Below, in pieces: positions 1 to 14,682 of a stretch of 64,000 nucleotides of DNA. The stretch covers positions 930,001 to 994,000 of the forward strand of contig CAXHJY010000928.1 of assembly GCA_964016885.1 (NCBI GenBank), written 5' to 3'. How positions within the stretch are numbered: the stretch's first letter is position 1; the number at the start of each line of letters is the position of its first letter. Under the pieces are notes generated by a model. That model worked only from the letters and a program-made list of their open reading frames with translations, searched no databases and was not told the DNA's origin. The position numbers were made by a program, and so were the translations under genes. Origin of the DNA: Eledone cirrhosa (Eukaryota).

Positions 1-3000
1 ACACTACATCTGATTCCTCTTATACCTAGTTTCTCTGTCAGTCCATCCATACACATCACATGTCTATACCAATAGAGTCTCCTCTCCTACACACTACATC
101 TGATTCCTCTTATACCTAGTTTCTCTCCCAGTTCATCCATACACATCAAGTGTCTATACCAACACAGTCTCCTCTCCTACACACTACATCTGATTCCTCT
201 TATACCTAGTTTCTCTGTCAGTCCATCCATACACATCACGTGTCTATACCAACACAGTCTCCTCTCCTACACACTACATCTGATTCCTCTTATACCTAGT
301 TTCTCTCTCAGTTGATCCACACACATCACATGTCTATGACAACACAGTCTCCTCTCCTAAACACTACATCCAATTCCTCTTATGCCTATTTTCTCTCTCC
401 ATCCATACACATCACATGTCTATACCAACACAGTCTCCTCTCATACACACTACATCTGATTCCTCTTCTACCTAGTTTCTCTATCCATCCATACACATCA
501 CATGTCTATACCAACACAGTCTCCCCTCCTACATCTGATTTCTCTTAAACCTAGTTTCCCTCTCAGTCCATCCATACACATCACATGTCTATACCAACAC
601 AGTCTCCTCTACTACACACTACATCTGATTCCTCTTAAACCTAGTTTCCCTCTCAGTCCATCCATACACATCACATGTCTATACCAACACAGTCTCCTCT
701 CATACACACTACATCTGATTCCTCTTATACCTAGTTTATCTGTCCATCCATACACATCACATGTCTACACCAACACAGTCTCCCCTCCTACATCTGATTC
801 CTCTTATACCTAGTTTCTCACTCAGTTCATCCATACACATCACATGTCTATACCAACAGTCTCCTCTCATACACACTACATCTGATTTCTATTATACCTA
901 GTTACTCTCTCCATCCATACACATCACATGTCTATACCAACACAGTCTCCTCTCCTACATCTGATTCCTCTTATACCTAGTTTCACTCTCAGTCCATCCA
1001 TACACATCACATGTCTATACCAACACAGTCTCCTCTCCTTCACACTACATCTGATTCCTCTTATACCTAGTTTCTCTCCCAGTTCATCCATGCACATCAC
1101 ATGTCTATACCAACACAGTCTTCTCTCCTACACACTACATCTGATTCCTCTTATACCTAGTTTCTCTCTCAGCTCATCCATACACATCACATGTCTATAC
1201 CAACACAGTCTCGTCTCCTACACACTACCTCTGATTCCTCTTATACCTAGTTTCTCTCTCCATCCATACACATCACACGTCTATACCAACACAGTCTTCT
1301 CTCCTACACACTACATCTGATTCCTCTTATACCTAGTTTCTCTCTCAGTCCATCCATACACATCACATGTCTATACCAACACAGTCTCCTCTCCTACACA
1401 CTACATCTGATTCCTCTTATACCTAGTTTCTTTCCCAGTTCATCCATGCACATCACATGTCTATACCAACACAGTCTCCTCTCCTACACACTATATCTGA
1501 TTCCTCTCTTACCTAGTTTCTCTCTCCATCCATACACATCACATGTCTGTACCAACACAGTCTTCTCTCCTACACACTACATCTGATTCCTCTTATACCT
1601 AGTTTCTCTCCCAGTTCATCCTTACACATCACATGCCTATGCCAACACAGTCTCCTCTCCTACACACTACATCTGATTCCTCTTATACCTAGTTTCTCTG
1701 TCAGTCCATCCATACACATCTTGTGTCTATACCAACACAGTCTCCTCTCCTACACACTACATCTGATTCCTCTTATACCTAGTTTCTCTGTCAGTCCATC
1801 CATAAACATCACATGTCTATACCAACACAGTCTCCTCTCCTACACACTACATCTGATTCCTCTTATACCTAGTTTCTCTCTCAGTTCATCCACACACATC
1901 ACATGTCTATACCAACACAGTCTCCTCTCCTACACACTACATCTGATTCCTCTTATACCTAGTTTCTCTCTCCATCCATACACATCACATGTCTATACCA
2001 ACACAGTCTCCTCTCATACACACTACATTTGATTCCTTTTCTACCTAGTTTCTCTATCCATCCATACACATCACATGTCTATACCAACACAGTCTCCCCT
2101 CCTACATCTGATTTCTCTTAAACCTAGTTTCCCTCTCAGTCCATCCATACACATCACATGTCTATACCAACACAGTCTCCTCTCCTACACACTACATCTT
2201 ATTCCTCTTAAACCTAGTTTCCCTCTCAGTCCATCCATACACATCACATGTCTATACCAACACAGTCTCCTCTCATACACACTACATCTGATTCCTCTTA
2301 TACCTAGTTTCTCTCTCCATCCATACACATCGCATGTCTATATCAACACAGTCTCCCCTCCTACATCTGATTCCTCTTACACCTAGTTTCTCTCTCAGTT
2401 CATCCATACACATCACATGTTTATACCAACAGTCTCCTCTCATACACTTACATCTGATTTCTCTTATACCTAGTTTCTCTCTCCATCCATACACATCACA
2501 TGTCTATACCAACACAGTCTCCACTCCTACACACTACATCTGATTCCTCTTATACCTAGTTTCTCTCTCAGTCCATCCATACACATCACATGTTATATAC
2601 CAACACAGTCTCCTCTCCTTCACACAACATCTGATTCCTCTTATACCTAGTTTCTCTGTCAGTTCATCCAAGCACATCACATGTCTATACCAACACAGTC
2701 TCCTCTCCTACACACTACATCTGATTCCTCTTATACCTAGTTTCTCTCTCCATCCATACACATCACATGTCTATAACAACACAGTCTCCTCTCCTACACA
2801 CTATATCTGATTTCTCTTATACCTAGTTTCTCTGTCAGTCCATCCATACACATCACATGTCTATACCAACACAGTCCCCTCTCCTACACACTACATCTGA
2901 TTCCTCTTATACCTAGTTTCTCTCTCAGTCCATCCATACACATCCCATGTCTATACCAACAGTCTCCTCTCCTACACACTACATCTGATTCCTCTTATAC

Positions 3001-5090
3001 CTAGTTTCTCTCTCCATCCATACACATCACATGTCTATACCAACACAGTCTCGTCTCCTACACACTACCTCTGATTCCTCTGATACCTAGTTTCTCTCTC
3101 CATCCATATGAATCACATGTCTATACCAACACAGTCTCCTCTCCTATATTTGATTCCTCTTATACCTAGTTTCTCTGTCTCTCCATCCATACACATCACA
3201 CGTCTATACCAACACAGTCTCCTCTCATACACACTACATCTGATTCCTCTTCTACCTAGTTTCTCTATCCATCCATACACATCACATGTCTATACCAACA
3301 CAGTCTCCCCTCCTACATCTGATTTCTCTTAAACCTAGTTTCCCTCTCAGTCCATCCATACACATCACATGTCTATACCAACACAGTCTCCTCTACTACA
3401 CACTACATCTGATTCCTCTTAAACCTAGTTTCCCTCTCAGTCCATCCATACACATCACATGTCTATACCAACACAGTCTCCTCTCCTACATCTGATTCCT
3501 CTTATACCTAGTTTCACTCTCAGTCCATCCATACACGTCACATGTCTATACCAACACAGTCTCCTCTCCTTCACACTACATCTGATTCCTCTCATACCTA
3601 GTTTCTCTCCCAGTTCATCCATGCACATCACATGTCTATACCAACACAGTCTTCTCTCCTACACACTACATCTGATTCCTCTTATACCTAGTTTCTATCT
3701 CCATCCATACACATCACATGTCTATACCAACACAGTCTCCTCTCCTACACACTACATCTGATTCCTCTTAAACCTAGTTTCCCTCTCAGTCCATCCATAC
3801 ACATCACATGTCTATACCAACACAGTCTCCACTCCTACACACTACATCTGATTCCTCTTATACCTAGCTTCTCTCTCAGTCCATCCATACACATCACATG
3901 TTATATACCAACACAGTCTCCTCTCCTTCACACTACATCTGATTCCTCTTATACCTAGTTTCTCTGTCAGTTCATCCAAGCACATCACATGTCTATACCA
4001 ACACAGTCTCTTCTCCTACACACTACATCTGATTCCTCTTATACCTAGTTTCTCTCTCCATCCATACACATCACATGTCTATAACAACACAGTCTCCTCT
4101 CCTACACACTATATCTGATTTCTCTTATACCTAGTTTCTCTGTCAGTCCATCCATACACATCACATGTCTATACCAACACAGTCCCCTCTCCTACACACT
4201 ACATCTGATTCCTCTTATACCTAGTTTCTCTCTCAGTCCATCCATACACATCCCATGTCTATACCAACAGTCTCCTCTCCTACACACTACATCTGATTCC
4301 TCTTATACCTAGTTTCTCTCTCAGTTCATCCATACACATCACATGTCTATACCAACACAGTCTCCTCTCCTACACACTACCTCTGATTCCTCTGATACCT
4401 AGTTTCTCTCTCCATCCATACGAATCACATGTCTATACCAACACAGTCTCCTCTCCTATATTTGATTCCTCTTATACCTAGTTTCTCTGTCTCTCCATCC
4501 ATACACATCACACGTCTATACCAACACAGTCTTCTCTCCTACACACTACATCTGATTCCTCTTATCCCTAGTTTCTCTCTCAGTTCATCCATACACATCA
4601 CATGTCTATACCAACACAGTCTCCTCTTCTACACACTACATCTGATTCCTCTTATACCTAGTTTCTCTCTCCATCCCTACACATCACATGTCTATACCAA
4701 CACAGTCTCGTCTCCTACACACTACCTCTGATTCCTCTGATACCTAGTTTCTCTCTCCATCAATACGAATCACATGTCTATACCAACACAGTCTCCTCTC
4801 CTATATTTGATTCCTCTTATACCTAGTTTCTCTGTCTCTCCATCCATACACATCACACGTCTATACCAACACAGTCTTCTCTCATACACACTACACCTGA
4901 TTTCTCTTAAACCTAGTTTCCCTCTCAGTCCATCCATACACATCACATGTCTATACCAACACAGTCTCCTCTACTACACACTACATCTGATTCCTCTTAA
5001 ACCTAGTTTCCCTCTCAGTCCATCCATACACATCACATGTCTATACCAACACAGTCTCCTCTCCTACATCTGATTCCTCTTATACCTAGT
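1..5090 (+). repeat. Segmental paralog (copy A) of ~14683-20020 within the array
   Basis: The rare markers AATAGAGT (71 vs 14753), CATCAAGTG and GTTGATCCAC (311 vs 14993) share an offset of 14682. Later markers are collinear at offsets 14157 (2075/16232), 14426 (3108/17534) and 14931 (4429/19360, 4774/19705). Confidence 0.8.
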
Positions 5091-5703
5091 TTCTCTCTCA
5101 GTTCATCCATACACATCACATGTCTATACCAACACAGTCTCCTCTCCTACACACTACATCTGATTCCTCTTATACCTAGTTTCTCCCTCAGTTCATCCAT
5201 ACACATCACATGTCCATACCAACAGAGTCTCCTCTCCTACACACTACATCTGATTCCTCTTATACCTAGTTTCTCTCCCAGTTCATCCATACACATCACA
5301 TGTCTATACCAATACAGTCTCCTCTCCTACACACTACATCTGATTCCTCTTATACCTAGTTTCTCTCCCAGTCCATCCATACACATCACATAACTATACT
5401 AACACAGTCTCCTCTCCTACATCTGATTCCTCTTATAACTAGTTTCTCTCTCAGTCCATCCATACACATCACATGTTATATACCAACACAGTCTCCTCTC
5501 CTACACACTACATCTGATTCCTCCTATACCTAGTTTCTCTCTCAGTTCATCCATACACATCACATGTCTATACCAACACAGTCTCCTCTCCTACATTTGA
5601 TTCCTCTTATATCTAGTTTCTCTCTCAGTTCATCCATACACATCACATGTCTATACCAACAGAGTCTCCTCTCCTACACACTACATCTGATTCCTCTTAT
5701 ACA

Positions 5704-7096
5704 TAATTTCTCTCTCAGTTCATCCATTCACATCACATGTCTATACCAACACAATCTCTTCTCCTACGCACTACATCTGATTCCTCTTCTACCTAGTTTC
5801 TCTCTCCATCCATACACATCACATGTCTATACCAACAGAGTCTCCTCTCCTACACACTACATCTGATTCCTCTTATACCTAGTGTCTCTCTCAGTTCATC
5901 CATACACATCACATGTCTATACCAACAGTCTCCTCTCATACACACTACATCTGATTTCTCTTATACCTAGTTTCTCTCTCAGTTCATCCATACAAATCAC
6001 ATGTCTATACCAACACAGTCTTCTCTCCTACACACTACATCTGAGTCCTCTTATACCTAGTTTCTCTCTCACTTCATCCATACACATCACATGTTTATAC
6101 CAATACAGTCTCCTCTTCTACACTCTACATCTGATTCCTCTTATACCTAGTTTCCCTCTCAGTCCATCCATACACATCACATGTTATATACCAACACAGT
6201 CTCCTCTCCTACACTCTACATCTGATTCCTCTTATACCTAGTTTCTCTCTGAGTTCATCCATACACATCACATGTCTATACCAATACAGTCTCCTCTCCT
6301 ACACACTACATCTGATTCCTCTTATACCTAGTTTCTCTCCCAGTTCATCCATACACATCACATATCTCTACCAACACAGTCTCCTCTCCTACACACTACA
6401 TCTGATTCCTCTTATAGCTAGTTTCTCTCTCCATCCATACACATCACATGTCTATACCAACACAGTCTCCTCTCCTACACACTACATCTAATTCCTCTTA
6501 TACCTAGTTTCTCTCTCAGTCCATCCATGCCCATCACATGTCTATACCAACACAGTCTCCTCTCCTACACACTACATCTAATTCCTCTTATACCTAGTTT
6601 CTCTCTCAGTTCATCCACACACATCACATGTCTATACCCACACAGTCTCCTCTCCTACACACTACATCTGATACCTCTTATACCTAGTTTCTCTGTCAGT
6701 CCATGCATACACATCACATGTCTATACCAACACAGTCTCCTCTCCTACACACTACATCTGATTCCTCTAATACCTAGTTTCTCTGTCAGTCCATGCATAC
6801 ACATCACATGTCTATACCAACACAGTCTCCTCTCCTACACACTACATCTGATTCCTCTGATACCTAGTTTCTCTCTCAGTCCATCCCTACACATCACATG
6901 TCTATACCAACACAATCTCTTCTCCTACGCACTACATCTGATTCCTCTTCTACCTAGTTTCTCTCAGTTCATCCATACACATCACATGTCTATACCAACA
7001 GTCTCCTCTCATACACACTACATCTGATTTCTCTTATACCTAGTTTCTCTCTCAGTCCATCCATACACATCACATGTCTATACCAACACAGTCTCC
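5704..7096 (+). repeat. ~1.39-kb block duplicated at 8520-9912 (offset 2816)
   Basis: ORF translations are identical at 5882/8698 and 6527/9343. Shared rare markers are AGTGTCTC, CAAATCAC, CTGAGTCC, ATGCCCATC and TACCCACAC. Confidence 0.9.
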
Positions 7097-8519
7097 CCTC
7101 CTACATCTGATTTCTCTTAAACCTAGTTTCCCTCTCAGTCCATCCATACACATCACATGTCTATACCAACACAGTCTCCTCTACTACACACTACATCTGA
7201 TTCCTCTTAAACCTAGTTTCCCTCTCAGTCCATCCATACACATCACATGTCTATACCAACACAGTCTCCTCTCCTACATCTGATTCCTCTTATACCTAGT
7301 TTCACTCTCAGTCCATCCATACACATCACATGTCTATACCAACACAGTCTCCTCTCCTTCACACTACATCTGATTCCTCTCATACCTAGTTTCTCTCCCA
7401 GTTCATCCATGCACATCACATGTCTATACCAACACAGTCTTCTCTCCTACACACTACATCTGATTCCTCTTATACCTAGTTTCTATCTCCATCCATACAC
7501 ATCACATGTCTATACCAACACAGTCTCCTCTCATACACACTACATCTGATTCCTTTTCTACCTAGTTTCTCTATCCATCCATACACATCACATGTCTATA
7601 CCAACACAGTCTCCCCTCCTACATCTGATTTCTCTTAAACCTAGTTTCCATCTCAGTCCATCCATACACATCACATGTCTATACCAACACAGTCTCCTCT
7701 CCTACACACTACATCTGATTCCTCTTAAACCTAGTTTCCCTCTCAGTCCATCCATACACATTACATGTCTATACCAACACAGTCTCCTCTCATACACACT
7801 ACATCTGATTCCTCTTATACCTAGTTTCTATCTCCATCCATACACATCACATGTCTATATCAACACAGTCTCCCCTCCTACATCTGATTCCTCTTATACC
7901 TAGTTTCTCTCTCAGTTCATCCATACACATCACATGTTTATACCAACAGTCTCCTCTCATACACACTACATCTGATTTCTCTTATACCTAGTTTCTCTCT
8001 CCATCCATACACATCACATGTCTATACCAACACAGTCTCCACTCCTACACACTACATCTGATTCCTCTTTTACCTAGCTTCTCTCTCAGTCCATCCATAC
8101 ACATCACATGTTATATACCAACACAGTCTCCTCTCCTTCACACTACATCTGATTCCTCTTATACCTAGTTTCTCTGTCAGTTCATCCAAGCACATCACAT
8201 GTCTATACCAACACAGTCTCTTCTCCTACACACTACATCTGATTCCTCTTATACCTAGTTTCTCTCTCCATCCATACACATCACATGTCTATAACAACAC
8301 AGTCTCCTCTCCTACACACTATATCTGATTCCTCTTATACCTAGTTTCTCTGTCAGTCCATCCATACACATCACATGTCTATACCAACACAGTCCCCTCT
8401 CCTACACACTACATCTGATTCCTCTTATACCTAGTTTCTCTCTCAGTCCATCCATACACATCCCATGTCTATACCAACAGTCTCCTCTCCTACACACTAC
8501 ATCTGATTCCTCTTATACC

Positions 8520-9912
8520 TAATTTCTCTCTCAGTTCATCCATTCACATCACATGTCTATACCAACACAATCTCTTCTCCTACGCACTACATCTGATTCC
8601 TCTTCTACCTAGTTTCTCTCTCCATCCATACACATCACATGTCTATACCAACAGAGTCTCCTCTCCTACACACTACATCTGATTCCTCTTATACCTAGTG
8701 TCTCTCTCAGTTCATCCATACACATCACATGTCTATACCAACAGTCTCCTCTCATACACACTACATCTGATTTCTCTTATACCTAGTTTCTCTCTCAGTT
8801 CATCCATACAAATCACATGTCTATACCAACACAGTCTTCTCTCCTACACACTACATCTGAGTCCTCTTATACCTAGTTTCTCTCTCACTTCATCCATACA
8901 CATCACATGTTTATACCAATACAGTCTCCTCTTCTACACTCTACATCTGATTCCTCTTATACCTAGTTTCCCTCTCAGTCCATCCATACACATCACATGT
9001 TATATACCAACACAGTCTCCTCTCCTACACTCTACATCTGATTCCTCTTATACCTAGTTTCTCTCTGAGTTCATCCATACACATCACATGTCTATACCAA
9101 TACAGTCTCCTCTCCTACACACTACATCTGATTCCTCTTATACCTAGTTTCTCTCCCAGTTCATCCATACACATCACATATCTCTACCAACACAGTCTCC
9201 TCTCCTACACACTACATCTGATTCCTCTTATAGCTAGTTTCTCTCTCCATCCATACACATCACATGTCTATACCAACACAGTCTCCTCTCCTACACACTA
9301 CATCTAATTCCTCTTATACCTAGTTTCTCTCTCAGTCCATCCATGCCCATCACATGTCTATACCAACACAGTCTCCTCTCCTACACACTACATCTAATTC
9401 CTCTTATACCTAGTTTCTCTCTCAGTTCATCCACACACATCACATGTCTATACCCACACAGTCTCCTCTCCTACACACTACATCTGATACCTCTTATACC
9501 TAGTTTCTCTGTCAGTCCATGCATACACATCACATGTCTATACCAACACAGTCTCCTCTCCTACACACTACATCTGATTCCTCTAATACCTAGTTTCTCT
9601 GTCAGTCCATGCATACACATCACATGTCTATACCAACACAGTCTCCTCTCCTACACACTACATCTGATTCCTCTGATACCTAGTTTCTCTCTCAGTCCAT
9701 CCCTACACATCACATGTCTATACCAACACAATCTCTTCTCCTACGCACTACATCTGATTCCTCTTCTACCTAGTTTCTCTCAGTTCATCCATACACATCA
9801 CATGTCTATACCAACAGTCTCCTCTCATACACACTACATCTGATTTCTCTTATACCTAGTTTCTCTCTCAGTCCATCCATACACATCACATGTCTATACC
9901 AACACAGTCTCC
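8520..9912 (+). repeat. Second copy of the 5704-7096 block
   Basis: It appears base-for-base identical to 5704-7096 at offset 2816, and the copies diverge at ~7097 vs ~9913. Confidence 0.9.
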
Positions 9913-12900
9913 TCTCCTACATTTGATTCCTCTTATACCTAGTTTCTCTCTCAGTTCATCCATACACATCACATGTCTATACCAACACAGTCTCCTCTCC
10001 TACACACTACATCTGATTCTTCTCATACCTAGTTTCTCTCTCAGTTCATCCATACACATCACATGTCTATACCAACACAATCTCTTCTCCTACGCACTAC
10101 ATCTGATTCCTCTTATACCTAGTTTCTCTCTCCATCCATACACATCACATGTCTATACCAACAGTCTCCTCTCATACATACTACATCTGATTTCTCTTAT
10201 ACCTAGTTTCTCTCTCAGTTCATCCATTCACATCACACGTCTATACCAACACAATCTCTTCTCCTACGCACTACATCTGATTCCTCTTATACCTAGTTTC
10301 TCTCTCCATCCATACACATCACATGTCTATGCCAACAGTCTCCTCTCATACATACTACATCTGATTTCTCTTATACCTAGTTTCTCTCTCAGTCCATCCA
10401 TACACATCACATGTCTATACCAACACAGTCTCCTCTCCTACACACTACATCTGATTCCTCTTATACCTAGTTTCTCTCTCAGTTCATCCATACACATCAC
10501 ATGTCCCTACCAACACAGTCTCCTCTCCTACACACTACATCTGATTCTTCTTATACCTAGTTTCTCTCTCAGTCCATCCATACACATCACATAACTATAC
10601 CAACACAGTCTCCTCTCCTAAATCTGATTCCTCCTATACCTAGTTTCCCTCTCAGTTCATCCATACACATCACATGTCTATACCAACACTCTCCTCTCCT
10701 ACACACTACATCTGATTCCTCTTATACCTAGTTTCTCTCTCAGTTCCTCCATTCACATCACATGTCTATACCAACACAATCTCTTCTCCTATACACTACA
10801 TCTGATTCCTCTTATACCTAGTTTCTCTCTCAGTCCATCCATACACATCACATGTTATATACCAACACAGTCTCCTATCCTACGCACTACATCTGATTCC
10901 TCTTATACCTAGTTTCTCTCTCAGTCCATCCATACACATCACATGTCTATACCAACACAGTCTCCTCTCCTACACACTACATCTGATTCCTCTTATACCT
11001 AGTGTCTCTCTCAGTTCATCCATACACATCACATGTCTATACCAACACAGTCTCCTCTTCTACACACTATATCTGATTCCTCTCTTACCTAGTTTCTCTC
11101 TCAGTCCATCCATACACATCACATGTCTATACCAACACCGTCTCCTCTCCTACACACTACATGTGATTCCTCTTCTACCTTATTTCTCTCTCCATCCATA
11201 CACATCACATGTCTATACCAACACAGTCTCCTCTCCTACACACTATATCTGATTCCACTCTTACCTAGTTTCTCTCTCCATCCATACACATCACATGTCT
11301 ATACCAACACAGTCTCCTCTCCTACACACTACATCTGATTCCTCTTATACCTAGTTTCTCTCTCAGTCCATCCATACACATCACATGTCTATACCAACAC
11401 AGTCTCCTCTCCTACACACTACATCTGATTCCTCTTATACCTAGTTTCTCTCAGTCCATCCATACACATCACATTTCTATACCAACACAGTCTCCTCTCC
11501 TACACACTACATCTGATTCCTCTTATACCTAGTTTCTCTCTCAGTCCATCCATACACATCACATGTCTATACCAATAGAGTCTCCTCTCCTACACACTAC
11601 ATCTGATTCCTCTAATACCTAGTTTCTCTCTCAGTTCATCCATACACATCACATGTCTATACCAACACAGTGTCCTCTCCTACACACTACATCTGATTCC
11701 TCTTCTACCTAGTTTCTCACTCCATCCATACACATCACATGTCTATACCAACAGTCTCCTCTCATACATACTACATCTGATTTCTCTTATACCTAGTTTC
11801 TCTCTCAGTCCTTCCATACACATCACATGTCTATACCAACACAGTCTTCTCGCCTACACACTACATCTGATTCCTCTGATACCTAGTTTCTCTCTCAGTC
11901 CATCCATACACATCACATGTCTATACCAACACAGTCTCCTCTCCTACACACTACATCTGATTCCTCTTATACCTCGTTTCTCTCTCAGTCCGTCCATACA
12001 CATCACATAACTATACCAACACAGTCTCCTCTGCTACATCTGATTCCTCTTATACCTAGTTTCTCTCTCAGTCCATCCATACACATCACATGTTATATAC
12101 CAACACAGTCTCCTCTCCTACACACTATATCTGATTCCTCTCTTACCTAGTTTCTCTCTCCATCCATACACATCACATGTCTATACCAACACAGTCTCCT
12201 CTCCTACACACTACATCTGATTCCACTTATACCTAGTTTCTCTGTCAGTCCATCCGTACACATCACATGTCTATACGAACACAGTCTCCTCTCCTACACA
12301 CTACATCTGATTCCTCTTATACCTAGTTTCTCTCTCAGTTCATCCATACACATCACATGTCTATACCAACACAGTCTCCTCTCATACATCTGATTCCTCT
12401 TATACCTAGTTTCTCTCTCAGTTCATCCATACACATCACATGTCTATACCAACACAGTCTCCTCTCCTACACACTACATCTGATTCCTCTTATACCTAGT
12501 TTCTCCCTCAGTTCATCCATACACATCACATGTCTATACCAACAGAGTCTCCTCTCCTACACACTACATCTGATTCCTCTTATACCTAGTTTCTCTCCCA
12601 GTTCATCCATACACATCACATGTCTATACCAATACAGTCTCCTCTCCTACACACTACATCTGATTCCTCTTATACCTAGTTTCTCTCCCAGTTCATCCAT
12701 ACACATCACATGTCTATACCAACACAGTCTCCTCTCCTACACACTACATCTGATTCCTCTTATACCTAGTTTCTCTGTCAGTCCATCCGTACACATCACA
12801 TGTCTATACCAACACAGTCTCCTCTCCTACACACTACATCTGATTCCTCTTATACCTAGTTTCGCTCTCAGTCCATCCATACACATCACATGTCTATACC

Positions 12901-14682
12901 AACACAGTCTCCTCTCCTACACACTACATCTGATTCCTCTTATAGCTAGTTTCTCTCTCCGTCCAACCCTACACATCACATGTCTATACCAACACAGTCT
13001 CCTCTCCTACACACTACATCTGATTCCTCTCATACCTAGTTTCTCTCTCAGTCCAACCCTACACATCACATGTCTATACCAACACAGTCTCCTCTCCTAC
13101 ACACTATATCTGATTCCTCTCTTACCTAGTTTCTCTCTCCATCCATACACATCACATGTCTATACCAACACGGTCTCCTCTCCTACACACTACATCTGAT
13201 TCCTCTTCTACCTAGTTTCTGTCACCATCCATACACATCACATGTCTATACCAACAGAGTCTCCTCTCCTACACACTACATCTGATTCCTCTGATACCTA
13301 GTTTCTCTCTCCATCCATTCACATCACATGTCTATACCAACACAACTCTTCTCCTACGCTCTACATCTGATTCCTCTTATACCTAGTTTCTCTCTCCATC
13401 CATACACATCACATGTCTATACCAACACAGTCTCCTCTCCTACATCTGATTCCTCTTATACCTAGTTTCTCTGTCAGTCCATGCATACACATCACATGTC
13501 TATACCAACACAGTCTCCTCTCCTACACACTACATCTAATTCCTCTTATACCTAGTTTCTCTCCCAGTTCATTCATACACATCACATGTCTATTCCAACA
13601 CAGTCTCCTCTCCTACACACTACATCTGATTCCTCTTATACCTAGTTTCTCTCTCCATCCATACACATCACATGTCTATACCAACACAGTCTCCTCTCCT
13701 ACACACTACATCTGATTCCTCTCATACCTAGTTTCTCTCTCAGTTCATCCACACACATCACATGTCTATACCAACAGGGTCTCCTCTCCTACACCCTACA
13801 TCTGATTCCTGTTATACCTAGTTTCTCTCTCAGTTCATCCATTCACATCACATGTCTATACCAACACAATCTCTTCTCCTACGCACTACATCTGATTCCT
13901 CTTCTACCTAGTTTCTATCTCAGTTCATCCATACACATCACATGTCTATACCAACACAGGCTCCTCTCCTACACACTACATCTGATTCCTCTTCTACCTA
14001 GTTTCTCTCTCCATCCATACACATCACATGTCTATACCAACACAGTCTCCTCTCCTACACACTACATCTGATTCCTCTCATACCTAGTTTCTCTCTGTCC
14101 ATCCATACACATCACATGCCTATGCCATCACTGTCTCCCCTGCTACACACTACATCTGATTCCTCTTATAACTAGTTTCTCTCCCACTTTATCCATATAC
14201 ATCACATGTCTATACCAACACAGTCTCCTCTCCTACACTCTACATCTGATTCCTCTTATACCTAGTTTCTCTCTCAGTTCATCCATACACATCACATGTC
14301 TATACCAATACAGTCTCCTCTCCTACACACTACATCTGATTCCTCTTATACCTAGTTTCACTCTCAGTCCATGCATACACATCACATGTCTATACCAATA
14401 CAGTCTCCTCTCCTACACTCTACATCTGATTCCTCTCTTACCTAGTTTCTCTCTCCATCCATACACATCACATGTCTATACCAACACAGTCTCCTCTACT
14501 ACACACTACATCTGATTCCTCTTATACCTAGTTTCTCTTTCAGTCCATGCATACACATCACATGTCTATACCGACACAGTCTCCTCTCCTACACACTACA
14601 TCTGATTTCTCTTATACTTAGTTTCTTTCCCAGTTCATCCATACACATCACATGTCTATACCAACACAGTCTCCTCTCCTGC

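Noticed and set aside
15-60. Resemblance of CTCTTATAC and ATACACATC to the Tn5/Nextera mosaic end CTGTCTCTTATACACATCT
   Set aside because: The two partial matches are ~24 bp apart and the 19-mer never occurs intact. Hierarchically shared variants indicate genomic evolution rather than adapter concatemers.
56-65. p53-like half-site TCACATGTCT, and CENP-B box
   Set aside because: The match to RRRCWWGYYY is only 8/10 with no adjacent second half-site. The CENP-B box needs two CpGs, which the consensus lacks.
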